In this document: one piece after another, positions 1 through 10,349 of the stretch | How positions within the stretch are numbered: position 1 is the first letter of the stretch | Layout: each line of letters starts with the position of its first letter | Assembly: GCA_963806185.1 (NCBI GenBank) | Contig: CAWDXE010000005.1 | Coordinates: 128,001-192,000 of the forward strand | Direction of reading: 5' to 3' | Length of the DNA: 64,000 bases | Origin: an uncultured candidate division Zixibacteria bacterium | GTDB lineage: Bacteria > Zixibacteria > MSB-5A5 > GN15 > FEB-12 | Notes under the pieces: generated by a model | The model's input: the letters and a program-made list of their open reading frames with translations, nothing else | Database searches by the model: none | Told to the model about the DNA's origin: nothing | Translations under genes and position numbers: made by a program

Positions 1-102
1 GACGGATTCGATAGTACCGTTCTGGTCGAGTTGTCGGCAACGCTCTGCGAATGCCCGACAAAGTGGACAAGAGTCATCGTAGATCAAGCGGTATAGTGGC
101 AT
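1..102 (-). CDS. DCC1-like thiol-disulfide oxidoreductase (DUF393), 5' part only
   Basis: Manual translation from ATG at 102: MPLYRLIYDDSCPLCRAFAERCRQLDQNG, with the DxxCxxC signature; runs off the window start; not in the ORF track. Confidence 0.8.
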   Translation of the reverse strand, partial: MPLYRLIYDDSCPLCRAFAERCRQLDQNGTIESV

Positions 103-324
103 GCTTATTATGTATAACGGTTGTCAAGTGACCGATGTTCACGTGCTTAGCGAGACCGACCAGATCGGCCGTCGGAAGGCAGGGTAAGTATCGCGTGGTG
201 AATCCGCTTGTATAATGGGGAAATGGTGGGTATGTTCTGAGCCATGGGCGGTGACCGGCGACGCCGGGAATTGTCCGACGGATCGGAGAAAAGGCATACC
301 CATAAAGGCAATAGGTAGACGGTA

Positions 325-350
325 GGAACTTCTGAACGCACCGGTTTGTT
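325..350 (+). promoter_or_regulatory. ECF-type promoter, likely autoregulatory
   Basis: GGAAC(325-329)-N18-GTT(348-350) upstream of the ECF sigma gene; resembles the SigR/SigH-type consensus. Confidence 0.6.
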
Positions 351-401
351 TATGTAAACGGACCGCAGTGATGTTCAGGCGTCGGAACGTAAGGAGATTA
401 G

Positions 402-998
402 GTGCTGATGCCTGACCTAAAAAAGCAGGATATCAACGGTAAGCGGAAGGGCTTCGAGCGCGAGGCGCTCCCGCATATGGATGCGCTGTATCGGACAGCT
501 CTGCGGATGACGAAGAACGAGAATGACGCGGAGGATTTGGTACAGGAAACGTTTGTTAAGGCGTACCGCTTCTGGGACAAGTTCGAACAGGGTTCGAATT
601 GTCGCGCCTGGCTGTTCAAGATTATGACCAACATATTCATAAACGATTACCGGTCAAAGTCACGGACGCCGGTATCGGTGAATGTTGACGATATTGATGA
701 CAACTACTTGTATGGTCAGTTGGCAAGCCAGGGGCCGGAAGACAATCCGGAACGTCAGTTGTTCGCGAAGATATTCGACGACGACGTGAAAAAGGCGATC
801 GAGGAACTTCCGGATGATTTTCGACTGGTGGTAGTGCTGTCGTTTCTAGAAGGATTTTCGTATCAGGAGATTGCGGATATTGCCGACCTTCAGTTAGGGA
901 CGGTCAAGTCCCGACTTCATCGAGGACGTAAGTTGCTGCAGAAGCAGCTTTACGAATATGCGACCAGAAACGGGTTTATTAAGGACACCGCTAAATGA
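402..998 (+). CDS. ECF RNA polymerase sigma factor (SigH/RpoE-like)
   Basis: DAEDLVQETFVKAY, AWLFKIMTNIFIN (region 2); FSYQEIADI..GTVKSRLHRGR (region 4); RBS AAGGAG at 391; start GTG 402 or ATG 408. Confidence 0.95.
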   Translation: MLMPDLKKQDINGKRKGFEREALPHMDALYRTALRMTKNENDAEDLVQETFVKAYRFWDKFEQGSNCRAWLFKIMTNIFINDYRSKSRTPVSVNVDDIDDNYLYGQLASQGPEDNPERQLFAKIFDDDVKKAIEELPDDFRLVVVLSFLEGFSYQEIADIADLQLGTVKSRLHRGRKLLQKQLYEYATRNGFIKDTAK

Positions 999-1792
999 AC
1001 TGTCAGGATGCACTCAGTCTGCTGTATGAGATAATAGACAAGGAGGCGTCCGAGATCGATGTGGCTCAAGTGAAAGAGCACCTGGAGCAATGCAAGCATT
1101 GCTTTGAGGTATACAAGGTCGAGGGCGCGGTACAGGAATTCATTCTCGAGAAGATCAGGTTACACGAATCGACGGTTCGAGCGGAGTCGCTCAAGCTGAA
1201 GCTGGTGGCGCAGCTCGACACGATCGACACGGAGTGCAAGAAGGAGCAGCGAAAGCTCCCTTTCGGTAGGCTCACGCTGCTGCTGGCGGCTGCAGCGTCA
1301 TTGGTAATCGTCGTCGGCGCCGCACTCTTCGGCGCCAGCCTGTATCGTCACCACAACGTCTACATGCCGTTGGAGCAGGCGCACTGGGACGCGAGTGAAG
1401 CTCTCAATAAGTCATCAGATGTAACTCTGGCCTCGACCGCGGTGAGCCAGGTCATGAGTAATTGGCAGTATGCCGTACCGCAGACGCTGGGTGTTTTTTC
1501 GCTGGCGGGCGGCCGAGTAGAGCAGATCAGCGGTGTAGCAATGGGGCATTTCGTCTACCGCTCGGGAGCGGAGGTGGTGTCGGTGTTTGTCGCGCCGGCC
1601 AATCAGTTCCGGATACCCGATGATGTGCAGGAGAATGTTACCGTAGTCAACGGCGTTCAGTTCTTCGATCACAATTGCCGGGGCTGCCGGCTGGTATATC
1701 ATCAGGAGGGGAAGGTGGTGGTGATTTCGGCGTCGGTCGATCACACGCTCGATTTGACCCAATTTGCGACAATGAGCCGCGGGGCAATCTGA
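995..1792 (+). CDS. Membrane-anchored zinc-binding (ZAS/zf-HC2) anti-sigma factor
   Basis: MNC..HLEQCKHC (HxxxCxxC), one TM helix, C-terminal extracytoplasmic domain; ATGA overlap with the sigma gene. Confidence 0.9.
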   Translation: MNCQDALSLLYEIIDKEASEIDVAQVKEHLEQCKHCFEVYKVEGAVQEFILEKIRLHESTVRAESLKLKLVAQLDTIDTECKKEQRKLPFGRLTLLLAAAASLVIVVGAALFGASLYRHHNVYMPLEQAHWDASEALNKSSDVTLASTAVSQVMSNWQYAVPQTLGVFSLAGGRVEQISGVAMGHFVYRSGAEVVSVFVAPANQFRIPDDVQENVTVVNGVQFFDHNCRGCRLVYHQEGKVVVISASVDHTLDLTQFATMSRGAI

Positions 1793-1804
1793 TGTGAGTT
1801 ATGG

Positions 1805-2875
1805 TTGAATATTGAACCCAGAAGGGATTTCTTGACCGGCATGGTACGCTATGCCGGTTTTTTTGTGGTTGTTGTACTAGCTGTTGCCTCTCCCCTCTTT
1901 GGCCAGCCGTATATGGACAGTGCCAAAGCGGCACTGCTGGTGCAATCGCAGCATCATCTGTTTAATGATGACTTTCCCCGGGCCGAGTCGCTGGCCACGG
2001 TATTCCAGAGTAAGTATCCGGGAGATCCGGGCGTCTGGCTGTTGCGCTCGGCGATCATGATGGCCGAGATGTACCACGCCGAGGATGAATTGTACGATTC
2101 GACGTATAAGGCGGCGATTGACTCGCTGCAGGACGGCGCGCTGCGCCTGCTGACGGCGAGCAATGACAGCACGACAAAGGCGTGGATGTGCCTCTGGCGG
2201 GCGTCGGCGAAGGCGTACGAGTCGCTCTGGGAGGCGAAGTTTGGCGGGACGTATAGAGCGGTGAAGCTCGGGTTTGCGGCGCGATCGGAGTGTGAGAAGG
2301 GGCTGGCGTACGACAGCACGGTGGATGATTTGTACGTGGGGCTGGGGACGTATCATTACTGGAAATCGGCCAAGGCGGGATTTTTGCGGTGGATTGGCAT
2401 ATTCAAAAATGAGAAGGTGAAGGGGATTCGCGAGTTGTACCGGGCCTCGGAGCAAGCAAACATTTCGCGTGAGACGGCGGAGAGCGGCTTAATCTGGATA
2501 TGGCTCGACATGAAGCAGTACGATTCGACGGTGGCGAAAGCGACCCGTATGGCGCAGCGGTTTCCGCAAGGAAAGTCATTCTACTGGCCGCTCGGCACGG
2601 CGTATTTCGCAATGGAGAATTACGCGGAGGCGGCGCGAGCATTCGAGCGGCTGAAAGCCATGCTGGAGGGCGAGCCAGGCAATTACTACAACTGGATTGC
2701 CTGTGATTCGTGGCTGGCGCGATGTTATGAGAGGCTGGGGCGGGTGGACGAAGCTGAGGTGGTGGGGTCGCGCTTCAAGACGTACGCGATGAAGATACCG
2801 GAGCGGACGCAGGACCGTCAGAAATCAAATATCAAGTATCTGCAAAAGTGGGCGCAGCGGTATGCGGCGGAGTGA
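1805..2875 (+). CDS. Exported TPR-repeat protein
   Basis: Signal-peptide-like N-terminus (ATG 1841 is an alternative start); TPR-like helices (LGTAYFAMENYAEAARAFER, LARCYERLGRVDEA). Confidence 0.75.
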   Translation: MNIEPRRDFLTGMVRYAGFFVVVVLAVASPLFGQPYMDSAKAALLVQSQHHLFNDDFPRAESLATVFQSKYPGDPGVWLLRSAIMMAEMYHAEDELYDSTYKAAIDSLQDGALRLLTASNDSTTKAWMCLWRASAKAYESLWEAKFGGTYRAVKLGFAARSECEKGLAYDSTVDDLYVGLGTYHYWKSAKAGFLRWIGIFKNEKVKGIRELYRASEQANISRETAESGLIWIWLDMKQYDSTVAKATRMAQRFPQGKSFYWPLGTAYFAMENYAEAARAFERLKAMLEGEPGNYYNWIACDSWLARCYERLGRVDEAEVVGSRFKTYAMKIPERTQDRQKSNIKYLQKWAQRYAAE

Positions 2876-3022
2876 GAGGGTGGCCGAGCGGGCTCCGGTC
2901 AACTGTCGTTACCGCATTTGATTAGCGCAAGAGCCATGTGAATCAGGCACTCACCACAGAGACAATACCAATTATCTCCGCAAAGTGTCGGCGGTAGAAG
3001 ACCGTCAGATACATTTGGATAA

Positions 3023-3051
3023 TTGACAGGTGGGCCGACAATTCATATCTT
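3023..3051 (+). promoter_or_regulatory. Sigma70-type promoter
   Basis: TTGACA-N17-TATCTT upstream of ATG 3099. Confidence 0.6.
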
Positions 3052-3098
3052 AAAGGAGGTACTTGCCGACGTAAGATCGCATTAAAAGGAGAACTAAC

Positions 3099-3935
3099 AT
3101 GTTGCCAAACGCTCGCGCGGGTCGAGTGGTATGGTCGCTACTTGTAGTTCTGGCCGCAGCTATGCCTGCGGCTTCGCAAACCTCTCCGACCATTCTTCCG
3201 CCGATCATCACCGATCATCAGACTAGTCCCCACGACGGTGCCGCAGCCGTCATCGCCGACTGCAACGCCCTGCTGACCTTCCCGGTCTGTCAGAATTCTG
3301 AAGAACAGGAACTCGTCACACTCATTAACCAGGCACGTGCCGACAGCGGCCGAGCCCTGCTGTTTTACGACTACCGTCTGGCTGTCGGCGCTCGCTGCCA
3401 CTGCGCCGACTGTGCCACCACGCCCTGCTTTCAGCATGACGATTGCGACGGCACGTACTGGACGGAGCGATATGTCGCTCAGGGGTATACCGGGACCCTG
3501 ATGGAGGTCATGGGCGCGGGATACTCCAACCCTGCTTCAATGTTTAATGCCTGGTTTGCCGACTCGCTCCGTCGGTCGATGATATTGACCGCAGGGCTCA
3601 AACATATCGGCGCCGGGTATGTCAGCCAGGCCGGCAGTCCGGCGGTCCGTTACTACACAGTGGCGTTCGGATATGCCAATGAGACCGCGGTAGGCTCACC
3701 GTGCACCTGTTGTCAAAACTGGGTGGGCAATGTCGACTGCGATCCGGCCGACGGAGTTGATATCGGTGATCTAACGACGTTGATTGACAATCTCTTCATC
3801 AGTTTCACCGCACTGTGCTGCACGGAAGAGGCAAACTGCGATGGCGATGCCGGGAACAACGTTGATATTGGTGATCTGACCTCGCTCATCGACAATCTGT
3901 TTGTCAGTTTCGCCTCGTTACCGGCGTGCCAGTAG
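3099..3935 (+). CDS. Exported CAP/SCP-domain protein with C-terminal dockerin-like domain
   Basis: Signal peptide; ELVTLINQARA, FNAWF..S, HIGAGYV (CAP); C-terminal duplicated GNVDCDPADGVDIGDL / ANCDGDAGNNVDIGDL. Confidence 0.8.
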   Translation: MLPNARAGRVVWSLLVVLAAAMPAASQTSPTILPPIITDHQTSPHDGAAAVIADCNALLTFPVCQNSEEQELVTLINQARADSGRALLFYDYRLAVGARCHCADCATTPCFQHDDCDGTYWTERYVAQGYTGTLMEVMGAGYSNPASMFNAWFADSLRRSMILTAGLKHIGAGYVSQAGSPAVRYYTVAFGYANETAVGSPCTCCQNWVGNVDCDPADGVDIGDLTTLIDNLFISFTALCCTEEANCDGDAGNNVDIGDLTSLIDNLFVSFASLPACQ

Positions 3936-4022
3936 TACGCAGTTAGGGTCGGTGTCGGGTTTCCGCGTGCGCCTGCGACGTAGTCCGGGGGCCGACGAGC
4001 GAAAAACCATCCTTCCTACGAG

Positions 4023-4344
4023 CCCTCACCCTGGCCCCCTCCCTAAAGGGAGAGGGAGTAAGAGGGGCAGCACATCGTGTCGGGTTTCTCCGTCCCGCTG
4101 ACGCGGGACACCGGAACCCGACCTACCCTACTGTCATACCAGCAAAAGCTGGTCGGTATCCAGGGGAGAATGGGATCAATGGAAAGATTTGAGGTTGCTT
4201 CGTCGCGTCGCTCCTCGCAATGAGTGATAGGTCGTGTGAGGAGCTCCGTCAGGCACGGGGCCTGACACCACGATTTGACTTGCAGGGTTGTCCTACCCTG
4301 GATTCCCGCTTTCGCGGGAATGACAAAGGGGGGCGGGGATGACA
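4023..4344. repeat. Cluster of REP-like palindromic elements
   Basis: CCCTCACC..GGGAGAGGG 4023-4056; GTCGGG..CCCGACCTAC 4079-4126; GAGGTTGCTTCGTC..CTCGCAATGA 4191-4223; GTCAGG..CCTGAC 4248-4267; GGATTCCCGC-TTTC-GCGGGAATGACA 4298-4325. Confidence 0.85.
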
Positions 4345-4375
4345 TTAGTGAGAGAGCGGCGTGCGCCAGATGTTG

Positions 4376-4851
4376 TCAGAGCAGGTGTTCGAATTCGATT
4401 TCGTCGCGCAAAGGGATTCCGTTTTCGCCGACTAATGGGATCGAGGGTTTCAACTTCCGCAATTGCTCCAGCGCGTTCGGATAGACGGCGGAAATCACCA
4501 AGCCTCGTCGCTGGTAGAAGCGGATGGCCGACAGATTATCATTGGTGGTGATCATCCAGACCCGGCGGCAGCCGGCGTGTCGGGCGGCATCGACAACAGC
4601 ACCGAGCAGCTTTGTGCCTATTCCCTGCCATTGTTCAAGTGAATCGATGGTCACAATTTCGTATTGACCATCGGTAATCTCAAACGTCACCAATCCAACC
4701 GGCTGAGCGGCTGATGCGGCGATGAAGCCGGGAAGTCTGGCGGGATAATGGCGTTTCGCTCGAGAGATGACAAACTCAGCGCCCCAGAGACGGGTGGTCT
4801 GAGCGGTGATCCAGGGTGTTCGGAACTGCTGGTGGGACGAATCGTTACCAT
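4376..4851 (-). CDS. GNAT family N-acetyltransferase (one indel near 4814)
   Basis: QWQGIGTKLL, TTNDNLSAIRFYQRRG; likely start ATG 4851 (MVTIRPTSSSEH) joins the main frame if one C is added to a C-run. Confidence 0.85.
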
Positions 4852-4965
4852 AGTGTGCGGCTGGAATCCTGATGGATGGTAGCCACTTAAGAATAGGATC
4901 GGAGAAAGCGACGGTCAACCGGTAAATGCAATTGACCCCACCTGCGCCCGTCGCCATATTGCCGT

Positions 4966-7900
4966 ATGAGCAACTTTGCAAATTACGTTCATCTCCATAC
5001 ACACAGTCAGTATTCCCTGCTGGACGGTGCCTGCCGGCTGGATGCCGTTATAGCGCTGGCCAAAGAGTACAAAATGCCGGCGCTGGCGATCACCGACCAC
5101 GGCAACATGTTCGGGGCAATCGAGTTCTACAAGGGGGCGCGCAAAAAGGGGATCAAGCCGATTATCGGATGCGAGGCGTATGTCGCGGGCGGGAGTCGAC
5201 TGGACAAGAAACCGTCGAACAAGTATCCCCGACGGCGGCTTTCACCTTCTACTGCTGGTCAAAAACGAGATCGGTTACCGGAATCTGGTCAAGCTGTGTT
5301 CGTCGGCGTATCTGGAAGGCTTTTACCATCGGCCGCGCATCGACAAGGAGATTCTCCGCCAGCATAGTGAGGGGTTGATTGCCACCTCGGCCTGCCTCAA
5401 GGGTGAGGTGAATTGGCATCTGGGCATTGGTGACACGGATGGCGCGGTGGCGTCGGCTCGGGAGTTGGGTGAGATTTTCGGGCCGGGGAATTTCTATCTG
5501 GAGATTCAGAATCACGGTCTGGAGAAAGAAATTCAGGCGATTCCGAAGATGGAAGCGATCGCCCGCGAAACCGGTTTGCCTTTGGTGGTAACCAACGACT
5601 GCCATTATCTCCGCCAACAGGACGCGGAGGCGCACGACGCGCTGCTGTGCATTCAGACCGGCAAGCTGGTGGAAGATCGCGACCGGATGAGGTATAGCAC
5701 CGACCAGATCTATTTCAAGACCGCCGCGGAGATGGAGCAGACGTTTGGTGATTACAAGGGAGCGCTGGAGAATACGGTGGCCATCGCCGAGGCGTGCAAT
5801 CTGGAGCTAGAGCTGGGCAAGCTGAAGCTGCCGATATTTCCGATACCGAGACCGTTTGTCGACGCCGATGTATTTCTGCTTCACCTGTGTGAGCGGGGAT
5901 TGGTGGAGCGGTACGGCGCGGTGACGCCCGCACTTCAGGAACGGCTCGAATACGAGCTAGGCGTCATCAAGCAGATGGGGTACGCCGGGTATTTTCTGAT
6001 CGTGAAGGACTTCTGCGACTATGCCCGTTCGCAGGGAATTCGCGTGGGACCGGGTCGTGGATCGGCAGCGGGGTCGATTGTCTCGTACGTGTTAAAGATT
6101 ACGGATATCGATCCGATTCGGTTCGGGCTGTTGTTCGAGCGGTTTTTGAATCCCGAGCGCATTTCGATGCCTGATATCGATATTGATTTTGCCGACAAGG
6201 GGCGCGACCGGATTATCCAGTATGTCATCGAGAAATACGGTAAAGAAAATGTCTCGCAGATTATCACGTTTGGCACGATGGCGGCGCGCGGTGTGATACG
6301 GGACGTGGGGCGAGTGCTGAGTATCCCGTATGGCGAAGTTGACCGGATAGCGAAGATGATTCCGATGGCGGCGGAGATGACGCTGACCAAGGCGGTCGAG
6401 ACGGTACCGGAACTGGCGGAACTAAAGAAGAAAGATACGCGAGTCGAACGGCTGATTAACTATGGCATCACGCTGGAAGGGCTGGCGCGGCACTGTTCGA
6501 CGCACGCGGCGGGGGTGGTGATTGCACCGTCGGCGCTGACCAATTACGTGCCGTTGTTCAAGGGGTCCAACGACGAAATCACGACGCAGTACGATATGAC
6601 GATGGTCGAGGAGATCGGCCTGTTGAAGATGGATTTTCTCGGGTTGCGGACGTTGACGGTGATTGACGAATCGCTGGCGCTCATCAGGCAGAATTTCCCC
6701 GACGCGCAGGTGGATATCGACGGGCTGTCGCTGGATGATCCGGAGGTCTACAAGTTATTCGCCCGCGGCGAGACGGTGGGGGTGTTCCAGTTTGAATCGA
6801 GCGGCATGCGCGACTATTTGCGCCGGCTGGAGCCGACCGCATTCACCGACCTGGCAGTGATGAATGCGCTGTATCGTCCGGGGCCGCTTGATGCCGAGGT
6901 TGACAATGGCAAGGGCCAGAAGGTCAACATGATCGACATCTACATCGAGCGCAAGAAGGGGACGATGGCGGTCACCTACCTGCACCCAAAACTGGAGAGC
7001 ATCTTGGGGTCGACGTACGGCGTGATCGTCTTCCAGGAGCAGGTGCTTCAGATAGCCAACCAGCTGGCGGGGTATTCGCTCGGTCAGGCCGATTTGCTGC
7101 GCAAGGCGATGGGGAAAAAGATTGTTGAGTTGATGGCGGCGCAGAAGAAGCAGTTTGTCGACGGGTGTGCGGCGAATGGGGTGACGGAGGATGTTGCCAA
7201 CCATGTATGGGAACAGATCGAAACGTTTGCCCGGTACGGTTTCAACAAGGCGCACTCGGTATCGTATGCCTACATAGCGTATCAGACGGCGTGGCTGAAG
7301 GTGTACTATCCGAAGGAGTTCATGGCGGCGACGATGACGTCGGAAATCACCGACTCCGACCGTATCTACACGTTGCTGGAAGAAGCGCGGCGGATGGGGA
7401 TTGACGTATTGCCGCCGGATGTGAATTCGTCGCAGATCGATTTCTCCGTGGTGGGCGGGGCGATCCGGCTGGGGCTGCACGCGGTGAAGAATGTCGGCGA
7501 GACGCCGGCGCGGTCGATTGTGCTGGCGCGTGGGTTGACCGGACCGTTCAAGGATATGGCCGACCTGTGCAGTCGGATCGAGCCTCGGTTGCTGAATCGG
7601 CGGACGCTGGAATCGCTGGTGGCGGCGGGGGCGTGCGATTCGCTGGGGGCGAACCGGGCGCAGAAGTTTGCGGTTGTGGAGGCTATGCTTGAGTACGGGC
7701 ACAAGGTGTTCAGCCAGGCCAACACGGCCGACCTATTTGCGACTACGGGGGTCGCTGTTTCCCGGGTTGCGCCGGTACTGCCCTTGCTCGACGAGTGGCC
7801 CTCGGGTGAGAAGCTGGCCAAAGAGAAGGAGATGCTGGGATTTTACGTGTCCGGGCATCCTCTTGACCGGTATAGGGATGAGCTGGGATCGTTTACGACG

Positions 7901-8455
7901 GGGAATATGCTTTCGCTGAAGGGGATGCGGGATTCGGCGGAGGTGACGGTGGGGGGAATTTTTGCGACGGTTAAGAAAATGACCGACAAAAAGGGGAATT
8001 TGATGGCTTTCGCGTCGCTGGAAGACTTTTCCGGAACGGTGGAAGTCATTATATTCTCAGAGTGTTACGACCGTTGTCGGGAGCAGATCGAGGTCGACAA
8101 GATGGCGTTGGTCACCGGCCGGGTCTCGACCCGCGAGGGTGAGATGCCGAAGTTGGTGGCGACGCAGGTTCATCCTCTCGAAAAACTGCTGGAACGCTTC
8201 AAATGCCAGCTAGTTATAAAGGTGAATGCCGGGTCAACCGACAACCTTGATAAAGCGTTGAGCTCGCTGGCTCAGTATCCCGGCGAGACGCCGGTTTTGC
8301 TGGCGGCTCGGCAAAATGGGGCCGAAGTATATATCAAGTCCCGCAAGTATGCGGTGAACCTGAATCTGGAGTTATTGAATCGACTCAAGGAGCTGCTCGG
8401 TGATTCGTCCGCTTACCTTCGCCCGCTGGGGGTCAAGGACAGCGGATTGCAGTAG
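4966..8455 (+). CDS. dnaE: DNA polymerase III alpha subunit (one indel in CCCC 5227-5230)
   Basis: PHP domain HLHTHSQYSLLDGA; GPGRGSAAGS; MPDIDIDF; YGFNKAH; C-terminal OB fold; two ORFs join at KYP|DGG. Confidence 0.97.
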
Positions 8456-8515
8456 CCTCGTACACACCTCGCAGACACCCGAGACCACCAACCTTTCGCT
8501 GGACAGGACCAAGTC

Positions 8516-9079
8516 ATGAAGTCATATCGCATACTGGCCATACTATTCGTCGCCCTGGCATTGACCAGTCTGGGCCTGTTCGCCGCCGATCAGAAATCGA
8601 CTCAGAAACAGAACGAGATATCGAAGCCGACCAATCCGAATGAGATTACCTGGTTCTCCTACGATCAGGCGCTGCTGAAGGGGAAAAAGGAAAAGAAGCA
8701 TGTCTTTATCGATTTCACCGCGACCTGGTGCGGCTGGTGCAAGAAGATGGACGCCGAGACATTCAAAGATCCGGAAGTCATCAAGATGATGAATCAGTAT
8801 TTCGTGGCGTCGAAGGTGTGGGACAATTCGGAGACGGTGTTTGATCTGGACGGATACAAGATCGCGGAGAAAGATCTCGGCCGCTCACAGTTCGGCGTGC
8901 GGTCATACCCGACGTTCTGGTTTGTCAATCCGGACGGCAAGAAGGTAGGGCCTCTCCCCGGCTACCAGACATCGGACCGTTTCCTTCGCGCGCTGGCCTA
9001 CGTCAAAGATTACAGTTATGACACGACGCGGGTGAAGCCGGCGGATTCGACGGCCACGGCAAAAGGATCAAGCAAATAA
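8516..9079 (+). CDS. Exported thioredoxin-fold protein (SoxW/DUF255-like)
   Basis: Signal peptide; DFTATWCGWCKKMDAETF; GVRSYPT cis-Pro loop. Confidence 0.85.
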   Translation: MKSYRILAILFVALALTSLGLFAADQKSTQKQNEISKPTNPNEITWFSYDQALLKGKKEKKHVFIDFTATWCGWCKKMDAETFKDPEVIKMMNQYFVASKVWDNSETVFDLDGYKIAEKDLGRSQFGVRSYPTFWFVNPDGKKVGPLPGYQTSDRFLRALAYVKDYSYDTTRVKPADSTATAKGSSK

Positions 9080-9156
9080 TGTCGCTGCCTGGGGCGCGGT
9101 TACGGCGCGGCCAGCCTGAGATCATACATAACGATACCCGGGACAAAGGAAAGATC

Positions 9157-9792
9157 ATGAAGTTACGGTTACCTCTCGCGGCAATGTCAGCTATTCTGAT
9201 AGTGTTGCTTATTGCCTGCAGTTCCAACGAACCGCAAACGGGCGCGGCACAGAAGACGCCCGATCGGGATCCTGCGACAACGTCGGGAGTACAGGCCTCC
9301 ACGCCCAGCTCTGCGGAAGCCACGCAGGCAGACGTGCCGTCCGAAACGCCGCAGGTGGCGAGCTCTGACGGACAGGCAGCGAGCTTGATTCAGTTTACCG
9401 CGACCGACCTGACCGGGCAGGCGCGCAGCTCGGTCGAATGGATGGGCAAGCAGCCGGTGGTGATCAATTTCTGGGGGACATGGTGCCCACCCTGCCGCAA
9501 AGAGATTCCCGATCTCGTGAAAGTATATAACGAGTTCAAGGGACGGGGCGTGCAGGTTGTCAGTCTGGCGCTCAATGATACGCCTGATCAGGTAAAGGAT
9601 TACGCGCAGAAGGCGCAGATGGATTGGGTGATGTTGATGGGTGATCAGGATATTGCCCAGACGTTTGGCGGGATTCGCGGCGTACCGACGACGATTTTTT
9701 ATGATCGCAGCGGTAAGGAAGTCGGGCGGTTTGTCGGCGGGCGCGATTACGAGACGTTTAAGAAGGCGTTTGAGATGATTGCGGGGTCTTAG
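9157..9792 (+). CDS. TlpA/ResA-family disulfide reductase lipoprotein
   Basis: Lipobox LIAC; INFWGTWCPPCRKEIPDL; GIRGVPTT; start ATG 9157 after AAGGA. Confidence 0.9.
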   Translation: MKLRLPLAAMSAILIVLLIACSSNEPQTGAAQKTPDRDPATTSGVQASTPSSAEATQADVPSETPQVASSDGQAASLIQFTATDLTGQARSSVEWMGKQPVVINFWGTWCPPCRKEIPDLVKVYNEFKGRGVQVVSLALNDTPDQVKDYAQKAQMDWVMLMGDQDIAQTFGGIRGVPTTIFYDRSGKEVGRFVGGRDYETFKKAFEMIAGS

Positions 9793-9821
9793 CGACCTGC
9801 GATATAATTGTGACAACTTTG

Positions 9822-9850
9822 CCGGCGAGTGAAAGCTCGCCGGTTTTTTT
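9822..9850 (+). terminator. Intrinsic terminator
   Basis: CCGGCGAG-tgaaag-CTCGCCGG followed by T7. Confidence 0.85.
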
Positions 9851-9925
9851 GTGGGGGGCTAGCGCCGGCGGTTCAGGGAAAGTTCGAGTCGGAGGTTTCG
9901 GGCAAATGACGGAATGGGGCCTCAT

Positions 9926-9954
9926 GGATTCCGGACCTTCGGTCCGGAATGACA
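9926..9954. repeat. GATTCCGGA..TCCGGAATGACA palindrome
   Basis: Same core at 14375-14402, variant at 14321-14349. Confidence 0.8.
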
Positions 9955-10230
9955 ATGAGGTAGAATTCGCGGAGCATTGAAGGGCATGTCCGCTTTTTGC
10001 ACATGATACGCAGGGAAACGGGTATGAGGAGTGCAGGGCGAGGAAAATCCTGAGCGTGAGTTTGCATACATTTGATTGCCCAGGCCGGTTCCCGGCTTCA
10101 CCATTGTTTGCCTTCAAGTCCGACTATGAGAACTTTGAATCTCCCCTTCCGATTACAGCGACGCAAGTTACGAAGCCAGACTGGTGCATGGTTACAGCGC
10201 TCTTCGTCGGAGATGTCGAGGGCGACTGAT

Positions 10231-10246
10231 GGGCACGGTCTTTGCG
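10231..10246 (+). promoter_or_regulatory. Putative sigma54 (-24/-12) promoter
   Basis: GGGCACGGTCTTTGCG: GG-N10-GC spacing, close to TGGCACG-N4-TTGCW. Confidence 0.55.
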
Positions 10247-10349
10247 CTAACCCCGATCACGAGGAATAGCCAAGCGGCGGCCACCGAGGCCGGATTGGCG
10301 AGCAAGATTTGAACAGTTCTCGAACGCGGGAAGAAAGAGAGTAGGTAAC

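Noticed and set aside
5221..5235. Programmed frameshift or split dnaE
   Set aside because: One extra C in a homopolymer explains it; no slippery heptamer or intein motifs; similar indels occur across the window
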